DNA of 64,000 nt, taken from positions 128,001 to 192,000 of IMG/VR virus record IMGVR_UViG_3300001487_000119; one strand, given 5' to 3'. Made by a program: the position numbers and the translations under genes. This stretch comes from a virus. Taxonomy: Duplodnaviria > Caudoviricetes. This document shows, piece by piece, positions 41,942 to 52,757 of this stretch. How positions within the stretch are numbered: position 1 is the stretch's first letter; each line of letters opens with the position of its first letter. Under the pieces are notes generated by a model. It made no database searches and was not told where the DNA came from. It saw only the letters and a list, made by a program, of their open reading frames with translations.

Positions 41942-41966
41942 TCGAAATTAAAAATAAAATAATTTT

Positions 41967-42182
41967 ATGAAACAAGATTATTACATAGGTGAAGGTGATT
42001 ATATTGGAGATGATTGTCCAAATGAAAACTTTAATAAAGTTACTGTTCCTCGTTTATTGGAGTTAGGAATAAAACCGGAAAGCATGGATGAAGTTGCAAA
42101 AATGTTTGCAGATATTTATAAGTTAGGATTCTCAAATGGAGAGAGTTGGGTGTATGGAGAAATACAGGAAGGAGCAGAATAA
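41967..42182 (+). CDS. Hypothetical early protein
   Basis: 71 aa, directly after the promoter. Confidence 0.65.
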   Translation: MKQDYYIGEGDYIGDDCPNENFNKVTVPRLLELGIKPESMDEVAKMFADIYKLGFSNGESWVYGEIQEGAE

Positions 42183-42184
42183 TT

Positions 42185-42589
42185 ATGGACAGACTACCAG
42201 GCATTTATATTGATACAGACCATCCGCATTTGTCAACAATTTTTGATATGATTGATAGCGGAGTATTACTTTATGATAATGGAACATTTAATATTCCTTC
42301 TCAATTGCATGGATTAAATAATGAAAATATAGGAATATTACTTGATGGAGGATTAATACATATTTTTATAACAGATTGGTTAGATCCAGAATCTGGACAA
42401 CTTAAAATGTTCACCAATAAAGACGATATTGAAATTCTTAGAAATTACGTCAATGAAGGAGATACATTTGCAGAAAAAGTTCAAAGAAATTGCGCTTTAA
42501 TAACAAGATGTAAAATTAGATATGATTCAAAAGATAAAGAAATGATGAAAATTTTTTGGAAAAATTATTTTCAACATACATTAAATTAA
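42185..42589 (+). CDS. Hypothetical early protein
   Basis: ATG just after the upstream TAA; stop abuts the next promoter repeat. Confidence 0.65.
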   Translation: MDRLPGIYIDTDHPHLSTIFDMIDSGVLLYDNGTFNIPSQLHGLNNENIGILLDGGLIHIFITDWLDPESGQLKMFTNKDDIEILRNYVNEGDTFAEKVQRNCALITRCKIRYDSKDKEMMKIFWKNYFQHTLN

Positions 42590-42629
42590 CTTCTATTTTT
42601 TAATTTAAATAAAAAGTATTATTTTTGCA
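42590..42629 (+). promoter_or_regulatory. Early promoter repeat (copy 9)
   Basis: Near-identical to copy 8, including the downstream TCGAAATTAAAAATAA. Confidence 0.8.
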
Positions 42630-42647
42630 TCGAAATTAAAAATAAGT

Positions 42648-42773
42648 ATGAAAAATAAACGTCCAAATTGGTGTAATGGTAAAGGTTTGCCGCAATGTTA
42701 TAATTTATCATTTGGTTTATCTATTACTAAAGGATATTGTAAAAATTGTCAATATTTCAATAAAGAAAAATAA
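42648..42773 (+). CDS. Small Cys4 protein (41 aa)
   Basis: MKNKRPNWC...QC...YCKNCQY; first ATG after the promoter. Confidence 0.55.
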   Translation: MKNKRPNWCNGKGLPQCYNLSFGLSITKGYCKNCQYFNKEK

Positions 42774-42774
42774 T

Positions 42775-43068
42775 ATGAAAACTTTTAAACGCACTTGCAA
42801 CAAATTGAATAAAATTCTGGATAATCGTCCAGAAAGTCAAAGTGAATTTATTGATTCTATCAATGAAATAATTTATAATGAAGTATTTCAATGTGATGGT
42901 GATTTATATTGGAATCGAGAATTATTTATTGATTGCGGAGCCGACCGTGAATTATGTCGGAAAATGATTCATACTGATAAAGTAATGTTTGTTCCATCTG
43001 ATGATCCTATTGAACATCCTGGAATTACACTGACATATAAACATGAATTTAGTAAAGAACAATATTAA
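42775..43068 (+). CDS. Hypothetical protein
   Basis: MKTFKRTC..., ATG immediately after the upstream TAA. Confidence 0.6.
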   Translation: MKTFKRTCNKLNKILDNRPESQSEFIDSINEIIYNEVFQCDGDLYWNRELFIDCGADRELCRKMIHTDKVMFVPSDDPIEHPGITLTYKHEFSKEQY

Positions 43069-43088
43069 CATTTTAAAATAAAAATTTT

Positions 43089-43271
43089 ATGGAAACCTTT
43101 ATTATTTTTGTCGGAGCAATTGTTACTGGTATGTTAATAGTTATTGCATTAACACTAATGTCAATGAGTAATGATTTGTTTAGAATTAAACAAATTTTAA
43201 ACAATCATGAGCGCGAGCAGACAGAAATATGTAAAAAAGAATATAGTGAAACTGGAAAAATTACACATTAA
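43089..43271 (+). CDS. Small single-pass membrane protein
   Basis: Hydrophobic N-terminal helix. Confidence 0.6.
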   Translation: METFIIFVGAIVTGMLIVIALTLMSMSNDLFRIKQILNNHEREQTEICKKEYSETGKITH

Positions 43272-43272
43272 T

Positions 43273-44565
43273 ATGAAAGAAACTTTTGATGATATTAAAA
43301 ATTCTGGTAGACTGATTTACCAATATATTAGAGGTTCTCATGCATATGGTTTGAATGTAGAAATTTCTGATGTTGATACCGGTGGTGTATATATTACTGA
43401 TAATAAACGACTTCTTGGCCTTCGTTCTAATTACTGCGAGCAAATTGCGGATGAAAAGAATGATAATGTCTGGTATGAAGTTGGCCGTTTTCTTGAATTG
43501 CTTATAAATTCCAACCCTAATATGTTGGAAGCACTGTTTGTTCCTGAGAGATGTATTCTTTATAAACACCCTGTTATGGATATTATTCTTGAGAACAGAC
43601 ATAAGTTTTTGACTAAGAAAGCTTTTTCAGCTTTGACCGGATACGGTATAGAACAGATTCGCAAGGCCCGTGGACTTAACAAAAAAATTGTCAATCCAAT
43701 AGTTGAGAGAAAAGAGCCTATTGATTTCTGCTATACTTTCAGAAAGCAAGGTACCCAACCTATTCAGAATTGGCTGGCAGAACGCAGACTTAAGCAAATT
43801 TATTGCGGGTTGAACCATCTGCCTAATATGGATCAAATGTATGGTGTTTATTATGACTGGGGCCAACATATCCATATGGAATGGAAAACCGCTGAAGAAT
43901 TTGCGGAATTTATGACCACTGCAAAAGGTATTCATTGGGTTGAAGATATTATATTTAATATTGATCGAGATATTTATAACAAACTTGCATACGAACGTGG
44001 ATATGATGAAAAGGAAGATGCTGAATATAATTATCAAAAATATCTAAAAGTATATAAAGAAATTATGCCTAAGGGCTATCATGGCATAGTTAAAGAGGAT
44101 GGGTCTTCATGTTATGTCCATCTTGATTCTATTGTTAAAGGTGACAAGCCTATTTGCTGGATGAGTTACAATGATGATGGTTTCCAATCTCATTGCAAGC
44201 AATATAAAGATTATAAAGATTGGGAAAAGAAACGAAACCAAGCACGATATGAATCTAATCTTGAGAAGAACTATGATTCCAAGAACATTATGCACTGCGT
44301 CCGTCTGATTCAAATGGGTATTGAACTTGCAAAAACTGGCGAATTAAATGTTGACAGAGAAAAGGCAGGTGACAGACAATTCCTGCTGGATATCAGAAAT
44401 CACAAATATGAATATGATTATTTGATTGATTACTGTGAGAAGAAAAAAGTGGAGATGGATGAAGCAATTAAAACTTGCAATTTGCCAGAAGAGATTGATA
44501 AGGAATTTGTAAATGAATTGCTAATTAGAGTTCGACAAGTTTTTGATTATATGGAAAACAGATAA
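43273..44565 (+). CDS. Pol-beta-superfamily nucleotidyltransferase (T4 NrdC.11/YcgL-like)
   Basis: GSHAYG...SDVD, NPNMLE, YDSKNIMHCVRL. Confidence 0.85.
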   Translation: MKETFDDIKNSGRLIYQYIRGSHAYGLNVEISDVDTGGVYITDNKRLLGLRSNYCEQIADEKNDNVWYEVGRFLELLINSNPNMLEALFVPERCILYKHPVMDIILENRHKFLTKKAFSALTGYGIEQIRKARGLNKKIVNPIVERKEPIDFCYTFRKQGTQPIQNWLAERRLKQIYCGLNHLPNMDQMYGVYYDWGQHIHMEWKTAEEFAEFMTTAKGIHWVEDIIFNIDRDIYNKLAYERGYDEKEDAEYNYQKYLKVYKEIMPKGYHGIVKEDGSSCYVHLDSIVKGDKPICWMSYNDDGFQSHCKQYKDYKDWEKKRNQARYESNLEKNYDSKNIMHCVRLIQMGIELAKTGELNVDREKAGDRQFLLDIRNHKYEYDYLIDYCEKKKVEMDEAIKTCNLPEEIDKEFVNELLIRVRQVFDYMENR

Positions 44566-44604
44566 AAGAAAATTGCTAAGGTGTTAATTCCTTAGCAATT
44601 TTTG

Positions 44605-46086
44605 TTATTTTAGAGTATTAAATGATTTTGCATATACATCTTGTCCAAATAGGTAAACAGAATTTGGAGATGTTGGTAATGTATCTGTGCTAATATAATT
44701 GTCAACAATAATATTATCTGAAAGATTTATAGATCCATCACAATTATTTAATATTGTAATATTTTTATATACACTATCTCCATGAAGACTGAGAAGACTG
44801 ATTCTATTAGATGAATTTATAATTACATTTTGCATGCCATATGTTATTGAATTAATAATATTATTAGAATTAATAACTATGTTATCATTAGTATTTATGC
44901 CGGCACCACCAAAATTAATAATATTATTATTATTAATTATACTATTAGATAATTTTGTAATAGTATTGCCTTCAACTATATAAATACTACAATCATTATA
45001 TATTTTATTATTATAAAAATCTACACTATTTGCCATAGGCGCATCTAAATTAATAATTGAATTTATACCAATATAATTATTATAAATAGTAAAATTAGTA
45101 CTAGTTGATATTAGTGTTTGCTTATATAAATCAAATGGATTAGATTTAATTATATTATTTTTAATAGTATTTGTAATTAATAATAAATTACTAGCATCAC
45201 TACCCATGTTAAATGTAAATTTATCATTATATTTCAAATTATAAAAATCATATAGAGCTTCATTTCCATATTGATCTTTTAATAATGTAATACAAATTTT
45301 AGTATTATTATCTTCTAATTTATAAGTTCCATAAACTTTTAGTGCATTTCCATTATGATCATACATTTCATATAATTTTCTATCTAAAGTTGATACATCA
45401 TTTGCTTTAACTAATAAACTTAACGAATTAGTATTAGTTGGACCACTAAAATTACCATTTGGTAAGGCCATACAGCCATCACTGTCAGCATAATAATCAT
45501 TAATTAAATAAAATTTATTGGGAACCAATGCATTATTAATACTCCATCTTTTTATATCATCAAAACTACATATAGATGCATCTAATAATTCTCTAAGATT
45601 AGATATTCTATTACTTATATCATCAATACTTGCATTTATTATATTAATATCTTCTGTTAATTCTCCATAACTTGCATCTATTAAATCAAGTGGTGTATAA
45701 TAAGATAGAATTTCAGATAAGTTATAATTAGTTACATTAATTTGTCTATATGTTGTTCCTGGAATAATACTAGTATCAACTCTAGAAATTAACATATCAT
45801 CATTTCGATCTCCATCAATTATTTTATAAAATTGTCCATCTTTATATAATGGATGTTCATCTGGATGTCTTTTTTCTGATGTATTTATAGATACACCGAT
45901 TTGAGATGTAGCTTCGCCCGTAATATTAACAGCAACAGGAAATCCGGTATAAATATATTTTCTGGATATTATATTAGTATTACTAGAATTTGCAACTTCA
46001 TAATATAATGATGTTATATCAGTAATAGGTGAAATATTCATTCCACTTGCATCGAATAATTGAATACTTTTCGCAGTTGTTAACAT
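44605..46086 (-). CDS. Tail-fibre-like protein with Asn/Ile-rich beta-helical C-terminus
   Basis: ISPITDITSLYYE and ITLLKDQYGNE..YDF shared with the 51040-52491 product; ATAAATA upstream. Confidence 0.6.
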   Translation of the reverse strand: MLTTAKSIQLFDASGMNISPITDITSLYYEVANSSNTNIISRKYIYTGFPVAVNITGEATSQIGVSINTSEKRHPDEHPLYKDGQFYKIIDGDRNDDMLISRVDTSIIPGTTYRQINVTNYNLSEILSYYTPLDLIDASYGELTEDINIINASIDDISNRISNLRELLDASICSFDDIKRWSINNALVPNKFYLINDYYADSDGCMALPNGNFSGPTNTNSLSLLVKANDVSTLDRKLYEMYDHNGNALKVYGTYKLEDNNTKICITLLKDQYGNEALYDFYNLKYNDKFTFNMGSDASNLLLITNTIKNNIIKSNPFDLYKQTLISTSTNFTIYNNYIGINSIINLDAPMANSVDFYNNKIYNDCSIYIVEGNTITKLSNSIINNNNIINFGGAGINTNDNIVINSNNIINSITYGMQNVIINSSNRISLLSLHGDSVYKNITILNNCDGSINLSDNIIVDNYISTDTLPTSPNSVYLFGQDVYAKSFNTLK

Positions 46087-46196
46087 AATTATTAATTAAA
46101 AACACACTTTTTCTATATATTATTTATTTTTATTGAAACTTTTTACTAACTTTATTTATAATAATAAAATATTGTTTAGTTAAATAGAAATTTTAA

Positions 46197-46236
46197 CTTC
46201 TATTTTTTAGTTTAGGAAAAAGGTTGTAATTTTGCA
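46197..46236 (+). promoter_or_regulatory. Early promoter repeat (copy 10), preceded by an AAACT-N16-TATAAT element at 46136-46162
   Basis: CTTCTATTTTTTAGTTTAGG...TAATTTTGCA. Confidence 0.75.
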
Positions 46237-46265
46237 ATGTTAAATTAAAACAACAAAATATAAAC

Positions 46266-48176
46266 ATGAAAACTATGAATACGAAACTTATTAAACTTTT
46301 TAATGTAGCTTTAGTAGAAAACACCCCATCTAAGAATATGTTTAAGAATGTTAATCGGCTTGCAGCTCAAGTTGGTTATTTTGTTCATCCTGATGTTTGT
46401 AATGAATCTGTTCTTGCTTTCTTAGAAGAGCAGACTATCAACCCTAATGCTACGTTTTATAAAAATTGGGAAGATGTCATATCTAAAAATAGGCTTGAAT
46501 TGGCGCTTGACCAAGTTTTTCATTATTTGACTACATATGGGACTGATTTTGCACTGGGTAACGGTTATGTTCCTAATGATGGAGAAAATGATGTGCTAGC
46601 TATCGATTTTAAAAATTTTAAGGTAATTATGCCTATTTCCGCTGATGATTTGTTTAATCGTTGTTGGAATATGCTTTGTTCAGGTGTAGCACTTAAAGGT
46701 GATACTATGCATGCAGTGGCAGATTATGTTATTGAGCATGTTTATAATGGGAAAATGATTAATGTAGATTCTATTAAAAATAGAGAAGCATTAGTTTATA
46801 TTTGTGATATATTGAATATATGGCCGGAGAATGCACATAATTTGTTCAGACTTATTATGTATAAAACAACCGGTGATACAATGATCGTTAATAACGATGA
46901 AACAATTCGTAAAATTAAAAAATCTGGATATGTATTTGATTTCAATAAATTGTCAGATGCTGATTTAACTCATCTATCTTCTATTTTCTTGCGATATAAA
47001 AAGTTGTTCTTGGCATTTAAACATAATGAATATGTTGATAATCGTTCAGCTATTAATAAGCTTCGTAAGCTTGCTATTAAAAACCATAAGCCATTTAAGG
47101 CTGGTTTTTGGCAAACTTTGTTCGCTGAGCAAAAAACTGCTGAAGAGATTAAAGCACATCTCACTGAGTTGACAACATATAAAAAGATTGCTCTTATGCA
47201 ATTATGTAAAGAGCGTTATATGATGCCGAAGGATAATTTGTATTTTATTCGTAATGGAAAACAATTCTTTAAAATAAATGATGCAGTTGATATAACAGTT
47301 AAAGAATTGAAAGACAAAGCTTTCTATGCAGCTGTTATATATAATATTCTTAAAGATAGTGTTATTGATACGCTGAAAGCTAATTCTGAAAAAGATGTAG
47401 TAGTAACACTTAATGAAGATGGAACACCGGCAGAAACTAAAAAGGCACCTAAAGTTGTTAAGCTTTATTCTGGAATGCATATTGCACTTCCTTCTTCTGA
47501 GAAATCATTTATTGGAAATTATCCATTCGGAACTCAATTTGATTTGACACAAAATAATCTTATTGGTTGTTATTGGCGTAGTAATTGGGGAACTAATGAT
47601 TATGATTTGTCTTTGGTAGATATTAACGGACATAAAATCGGTTGGAATGCAAGTTATTATAATATGCCACAAAATATAGTTTATTCTGGCGATATGACTA
47701 ATGCTGAGCCGGAAGCATGTGAGGTTATTAAAATTGCTAATCCTGCTGATGTAAAAGCGCTTATTAAAATTAACCAATATAGAGGACAAAGCAAATCTAA
47801 ATTTGAATTGTTCTTTGGACAATCTGATAAGCCATTTAAATATGAAGCATATAAAAATTATATGGTTGATCCTAATGAGATTAAGTTCCGTGCAACTGTA
47901 GAGCATGAAAATAAAAAAGAAATGCAAGTTGCATTAGTTGGCAATAATAAAATCACTTTGATGGAAATTAATAGTGGAAATAAAATTGTTAGCAGTACTA
48001 ATCGTCATAATAAAGAATATATAAATGTATTAATGGCAAAAACTGAGTATTTTGTAAATGCTGAAGAAATGCTTAGAGAAGCCGGATTCCAAATTGTTGA
48101 TGAGAATTATACTGGAGAAGTAGATATAGATTTTGCAAATCTTGATAAAGATTCGCTGTTAAGCCTTCTTGCTTAA
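46266..48176 (+). CDS. 636-aa protein with C-terminal TerD-like domain
   Basis: W...DYDLS...IGWN...YSGDMTNA.P.ACEVI. Confidence 0.6.
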   Translation: MKTMNTKLIKLFNVALVENTPSKNMFKNVNRLAAQVGYFVHPDVCNESVLAFLEEQTINPNATFYKNWEDVISKNRLELALDQVFHYLTTYGTDFALGNGYVPNDGENDVLAIDFKNFKVIMPISADDLFNRCWNMLCSGVALKGDTMHAVADYVIEHVYNGKMINVDSIKNREALVYICDILNIWPENAHNLFRLIMYKTTGDTMIVNNDETIRKIKKSGYVFDFNKLSDADLTHLSSIFLRYKKLFLAFKHNEYVDNRSAINKLRKLAIKNHKPFKAGFWQTLFAEQKTAEEIKAHLTELTTYKKIALMQLCKERYMMPKDNLYFIRNGKQFFKINDAVDITVKELKDKAFYAAVIYNILKDSVIDTLKANSEKDVVVTLNEDGTPAETKKAPKVVKLYSGMHIALPSSEKSFIGNYPFGTQFDLTQNNLIGCYWRSNWGTNDYDLSLVDINGHKIGWNASYYNMPQNIVYSGDMTNAEPEACEVIKIANPADVKALIKINQYRGQSKSKFELFFGQSDKPFKYEAYKNYMVDPNEIKFRATVEHENKKEMQVALVGNNKITLMEINSGNKIVSSTNRHNKEYINVLMAKTEYFVNAEEMLREAGFQIVDENYTGEVDIDFANLDKDSLLSLLA

Positions 48177-48280
48177 TAGTGATGTTCATGTTTATGTTGT
48201 TAATAATTTGTTGGAAACCTGATGAAGTGATTTCATTAGGTTTCTTTAATAAATATATTGAATAAATTGAATTAGTAAAT

Positions 48281-48679
48281 ATGAATAAGAAACAATTATA
48301 TGAATCGATAATGTCTTCCGTTGCAAAATAGGTTAAAAAAGTATTAAATGAATCAAATACTGGTCGACATGAATTTTCAAAAAAAGATTTGAAAGAAATA
48401 AAAGAAATTATTCTTAATGATGATGATTTTTATGAAATATTTTGTTCATGTGCAAATTTTGATTATTATGATTCATATGAAGAAGCAGTAAACGATCTTA
48501 TGAATTTTTTAACTTATGATGTTTATGACTCCAATGTACAATTAGATATAGAGGCACATGCATGGTATATATTAGATGAGCCCGATCCAGGCACATCATG
48601 GGTAAGATTAAAATCTGGAAAAATTGCAAATATGGATAATATATGGCAAGAATTTAAATCGATTATTTCACAAAAATAA
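48281..48679 (+). CDS. Leader-bearing acidic protein (TAG-recoded)
   Basis: MNKKQLYESIMSSVAK(TAG)VKKVLNES, in frame with ORF 48389-48679. Confidence 0.75.
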
Positions 48680-48708
48680 AGTTCTAGAAATTTTCTAGAA
48701 CTTTTTAT

Positions 48709-49077
48709 TTATTGTGTCATTACGATACCTAAACATTTTATTTGATTAATTGATATATTAATAATTGCATAATCAGATTTATTATAATAGTCTTTTCCAA
48801 ATTCAACATTTGCTTGAACATTATATAAACTTTTATCATATTCAATATTTGTTAAAATTGTTTCGGTAATTATTCTATTAATTTCTTCTTGATTATAGCT
48901 TAAATTAAACAAATATTTTTTAATATTTGCACCAAAATACGGAGCACCGAGAATATCTCCAGGTGTTGTCCCTAATACCATTTTAATCTGTGATAATATC
49001 TATTCCATTCCATCAGTTGTTTCAACCTATGGGGAATAAAGCTAATCTGAACCTAATCTAGTATAAATATCTACCAT
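48709..49077 (-). CDS. gp25-like baseplate wedge/sheath initiation protein (TAG-recoded)
   Basis: IKMVLGTTPGDILGAPYFGANIKKYLF; adjacent to the gp6-like gene. Confidence 0.75.
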
Positions 49078-49078
49078 A

Positions 49079-51016
49079 TTATGTTAAAGGTGTATATTTT
49101 GTTAATGTTATTTGTTGATTTGTTGATCTTTTTGTGTCAATAACTAAATTATATGCACAAACTGCATTTGTTTTTATTCCTGATTTATATTCGGTTCCGT
49201 TTTCATCAATAAATCCGCCACGAACTAATGGAAGAATATCTCTAACTGTAATATATTGCCCATTATGATCTGTAATAGTTCTTGTTAAAATAATATCACC
49301 GAATTCATCAATACCATTAAATGGCTTACCATCTCTTTCACCATAAATATTCACATTTTCAGCCGATGCTACAAAATTAACTTTAACTGAATCAATACCA
49401 GGAACTTCATTTTCAAATATAGCAATAATATCTGAAATCGGAATCATATCTTTACGTTTTCTATTTAAAAAATATTCTGATAATTTATCTAAACCTGCAG
49501 AATAAACTTCATGTTCATCATAATTGCTCCATATCTTAGCTTCAACATTTATTGCAAAACGAACAATTTTAGGTTGTATTATTCTATTTTCAACTGTTAT
49601 AATTCTTTGTCCGGATGCATTAATTAAATTAATAATATTTTTCTATTCATCATCTGACAAATAAAATAATGATTCATCACATGTAAAATAATTTGAATTT
49701 GCAGATATACGTTTATTAATATCAGGAACTAAGAATATATAAACCGTATTATCACGATATGTATTATCATTTAATTTGCTGTGAGCATATTCATAAATTT
49801 GATATGTTTTTTCAACATCTTTATGTAATTCAGCAGCTTGCTCACTATCAATACCCCATGTATCTACGGCATTTCTGTAAGTTTGTCTTGCTACATTATA
49901 ATTTTCTAAAGCTTGATCTGCAGCTAATTTCATTACAGATGCACCGTTAACTGTATATGAACCTCTAATTATTTCAATATCAGAAAACATATTCATTCTT
50001 TGGAAGAAATATTTATAATTAGTTTCAGATGCAAGAACAAAAGAACGGCTTGCATGCGGAGCAATTAATTGAGTTAATGCAGTATCTTCACTTTCAGTTC
50101 CAAATATAATATCAGTAGTTAATCTGATTTTAAAATTTTTATTTAATGGAACTGTATTACCATTTGCTAAACGAGCGTCACCATCCCATTGCCAATTATC
50201 ATCACCATTTATAAATGATTTATATATATTTGCATTATTACCGTCTGTTACAATATATTCAACAACAATTGATGCACCTTTTGGCGGAATTGCTCCCATT
50301 GCACCATTACCGAAAAATATATCTAAACCTGAATTTATACCGGTACGAACAATGCATCCTTTTTGATTAAATCCTAAATCTATAATAGAATCATGAATTT
50401 CCCATGGTTCACCGTTTACATAAACATTTATATAATATTGGTCAACTTCCTAATAATTACGTTCTGCAAAATTAAATGATTGAAGTGCTCGACCGGTACC
50501 GGTTGCTTGTTGAAATTTAATTTTTCCTTGAATTAAATTTGCATCTATTGAATTGCCATAATTCATTGTAATTTTGCCATTATCTGCACCAAATAAAATT
50601 GTATATGTTAAACCATTTTGCTTGTTTATAACTTGTGTTTTATTCGGAATATAACAAACTAAACCATCTAATTCATAATTACCATTACTTGCATAATAAA
50701 TTTGACATGCACCTCTAGCAGAAATCGGACGTGCTGATTCATGTCCTGCAAGTCTGGCCAATCCTTTAATTTGATCCGGACGGTATGATGTTCTTATATT
50801 TAATCCTGTAATAGAATCCTCAATATAATAGAAAATCATTCTACCAAGATGAAGAACAACTTGAAGTAGCTAACCAAACGGAGATGCAGTATTAAACTAT
50901 TGTCCAACAGCTTTATATGTTGCTTTAATATATGCTAAAGCGTCTTCATATAATTCTGCAAATTTTATTCTATTTAATTTAAAAATCTTTATTTCTTTAT
51001 CATCTTTTTCGGCCAT
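49079..51016 (-). CDS. gp6-like baseplate wedge protein, 645 aa (TAG-recoded)
   Basis: SPFG(TAG)LL, GLARLAGH, DIFFGNGAMG.IPP.GASIVVEY..TDG..AN; three ORF pieces in one frame. Confidence 0.8.
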
Positions 51017-51039
51017 ATTTATAAAGCTAATTTTTACTT

Positions 51040-52491
51040 TTAATATTTATTAGTTGTTCTTAAACTACCTACATATACAGAAACATCATTTCCAAATCCA
51101 CCATAAAAAGTACAAGAACTTGTATGATCTGTTGCCAATGCAGTACTAGTTGAATAATTAAAAAATAATTTCATATTTTCTAATGTAGATGTATTTGGTT
51201 GACATCCTATTTCATCACCAATTATAATATTATTATCTCCTAAATTAAGAGTCTAATTTTTAAGATTAATTAATACATTATTATTTCCAACAACATAAAT
51301 AGAACAATCATTACAATTTATAATTGTATTATTATTTCCTGATATATCACAAATATAATTAGAAGAATTAAATATTTTATTATTTTGTGAATTATTATGT
51401 ATTATTAACTAATAAGAATTATTAATTATATTATTTGCCGGACTATATTGTGGTGAATCAGATAAAATATCTATTTCATTTGAATTATATATCTAATTAT
51501 TATAAGCACTAGAACAACTTATGGCAATATAAAGATTATTCTATTGTTCTGGAGAAAGATATATAATATTATTTTTGCAGTTATTTGTATCAGCTAAATT
51601 ACTATAAAAAATATTGCGATTTATATTTTTTAATTTATGAATTCTAAAATCAAAATTTCCTTCATTTCCATATTCATCTTTTAAATACGTAATTGTGCTA
51701 GAATCAAAATTATAATGAAAATCCCAATTATCTACATTTAATTCTTCAATATACTAATTTTTTTGTGCAATATCTAAACTAATTAGATGTTTAGTATTAT
51801 TTATATAAACATTCTATACTTTAATTATAAATGAAGCATTTGCAATATATTGTCCAGACTGACTTTCATGTGGATGATAAAATAAATTATATATACCATT
51901 GTTTTCTAATGTAGTAGATGTATCTAAATTATTCCAAGTATAATATTCTGTATGTGAAGATAAAGTATTTATTAATTTGTCTAATGCCAATGATGTATCA
52001 ATAATAAAATTACTTACATTTGGTATACTTGAATTAATTATATTAATTTGATTAACAATGCTGTTTATACTTGTATCAAAATAATGTACATTTGTATAAT
52101 ATTGTAATAAATTCTATATATTAATATTTTTACTAGAATCTATAGTATATAAACTAGTATCATATAATAACTCATGTGTAATAGAATCTGACGGATTTAA
52201 TATTTCAGATTTAATATAATTAATATTTGTTGATATATTTTTAAAAGTCGGACCTAAACTAACTTCACCTATAATAGGATTTGATGAATTTGAAACACTA
52301 ATTGGTGATATTAAAAAATTAGAAATATCAAATTTAATAGGCATATATTTAGCAACTGCCCTTCTCTTAATAATATATGATGTATTTCCATCTTTTTCAG
52401 CCTACTCATAATAAAGTGAATCTATATTAGTGATAGGCGAAATTCTATCAAAATCCTTATTTAAATACTATGCCTTTTTACTAGTAAACAT
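51040..52491 (-). CDS. Tail-fibre-like protein, paralogue of 44605-46086 (TAG-recoded)
   Basis: ISPITNIDSLYYE, ITYLKDEYGNEGNFDF, Asn/Ile-rich C-terminus. Confidence 0.6.
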
Positions 52492-52511
52492 TTTCTAAAA
52501 TTAATATTTTA

Positions 52512-52757
52512 TTACCATTTTTTTTCTGGACAACCGTCTATAGATTTACCATTTTCATCTAATGGAAAATCAACTCTGACTTTTGCCTTTAATATACAAC
52601 TGCATATATCACATATTCCATCATTGTTATGTTTACAACAATTACATGTTGCCAATCTTTCTTTAGCTTGCTATTTGGTTTTTCCTGAAATAATATTCCA
52701 AATCCAAACTGAATAACCAGCAATAATATAAAAAATATGTTTAATATAATCTTTCAT
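52512..52757 (-). CDS. Small Cys-rich protein, DUF6171-like (TAG-recoded)
   Basis: ERLATCNCC...CDICSCILKAK...CPEKKW. Confidence 0.65.

Noticed and set aside
11615-46236. 40-bp repeats as a CRISPR array or integron attC sites
   Set aside because: Dispersed, non-palindromic, always oriented just upstream of a start codon and containing TAnnTTTG; promoter is the simpler reading.
48213-48245. Hammerhead ribozyme core (CTGATGA)
   Set aside because: CTGATGA is one arm of a terminator hairpin (GAAACCTGATGAA...TTCATTAGGTTTC); no stem II followed by GAAA.
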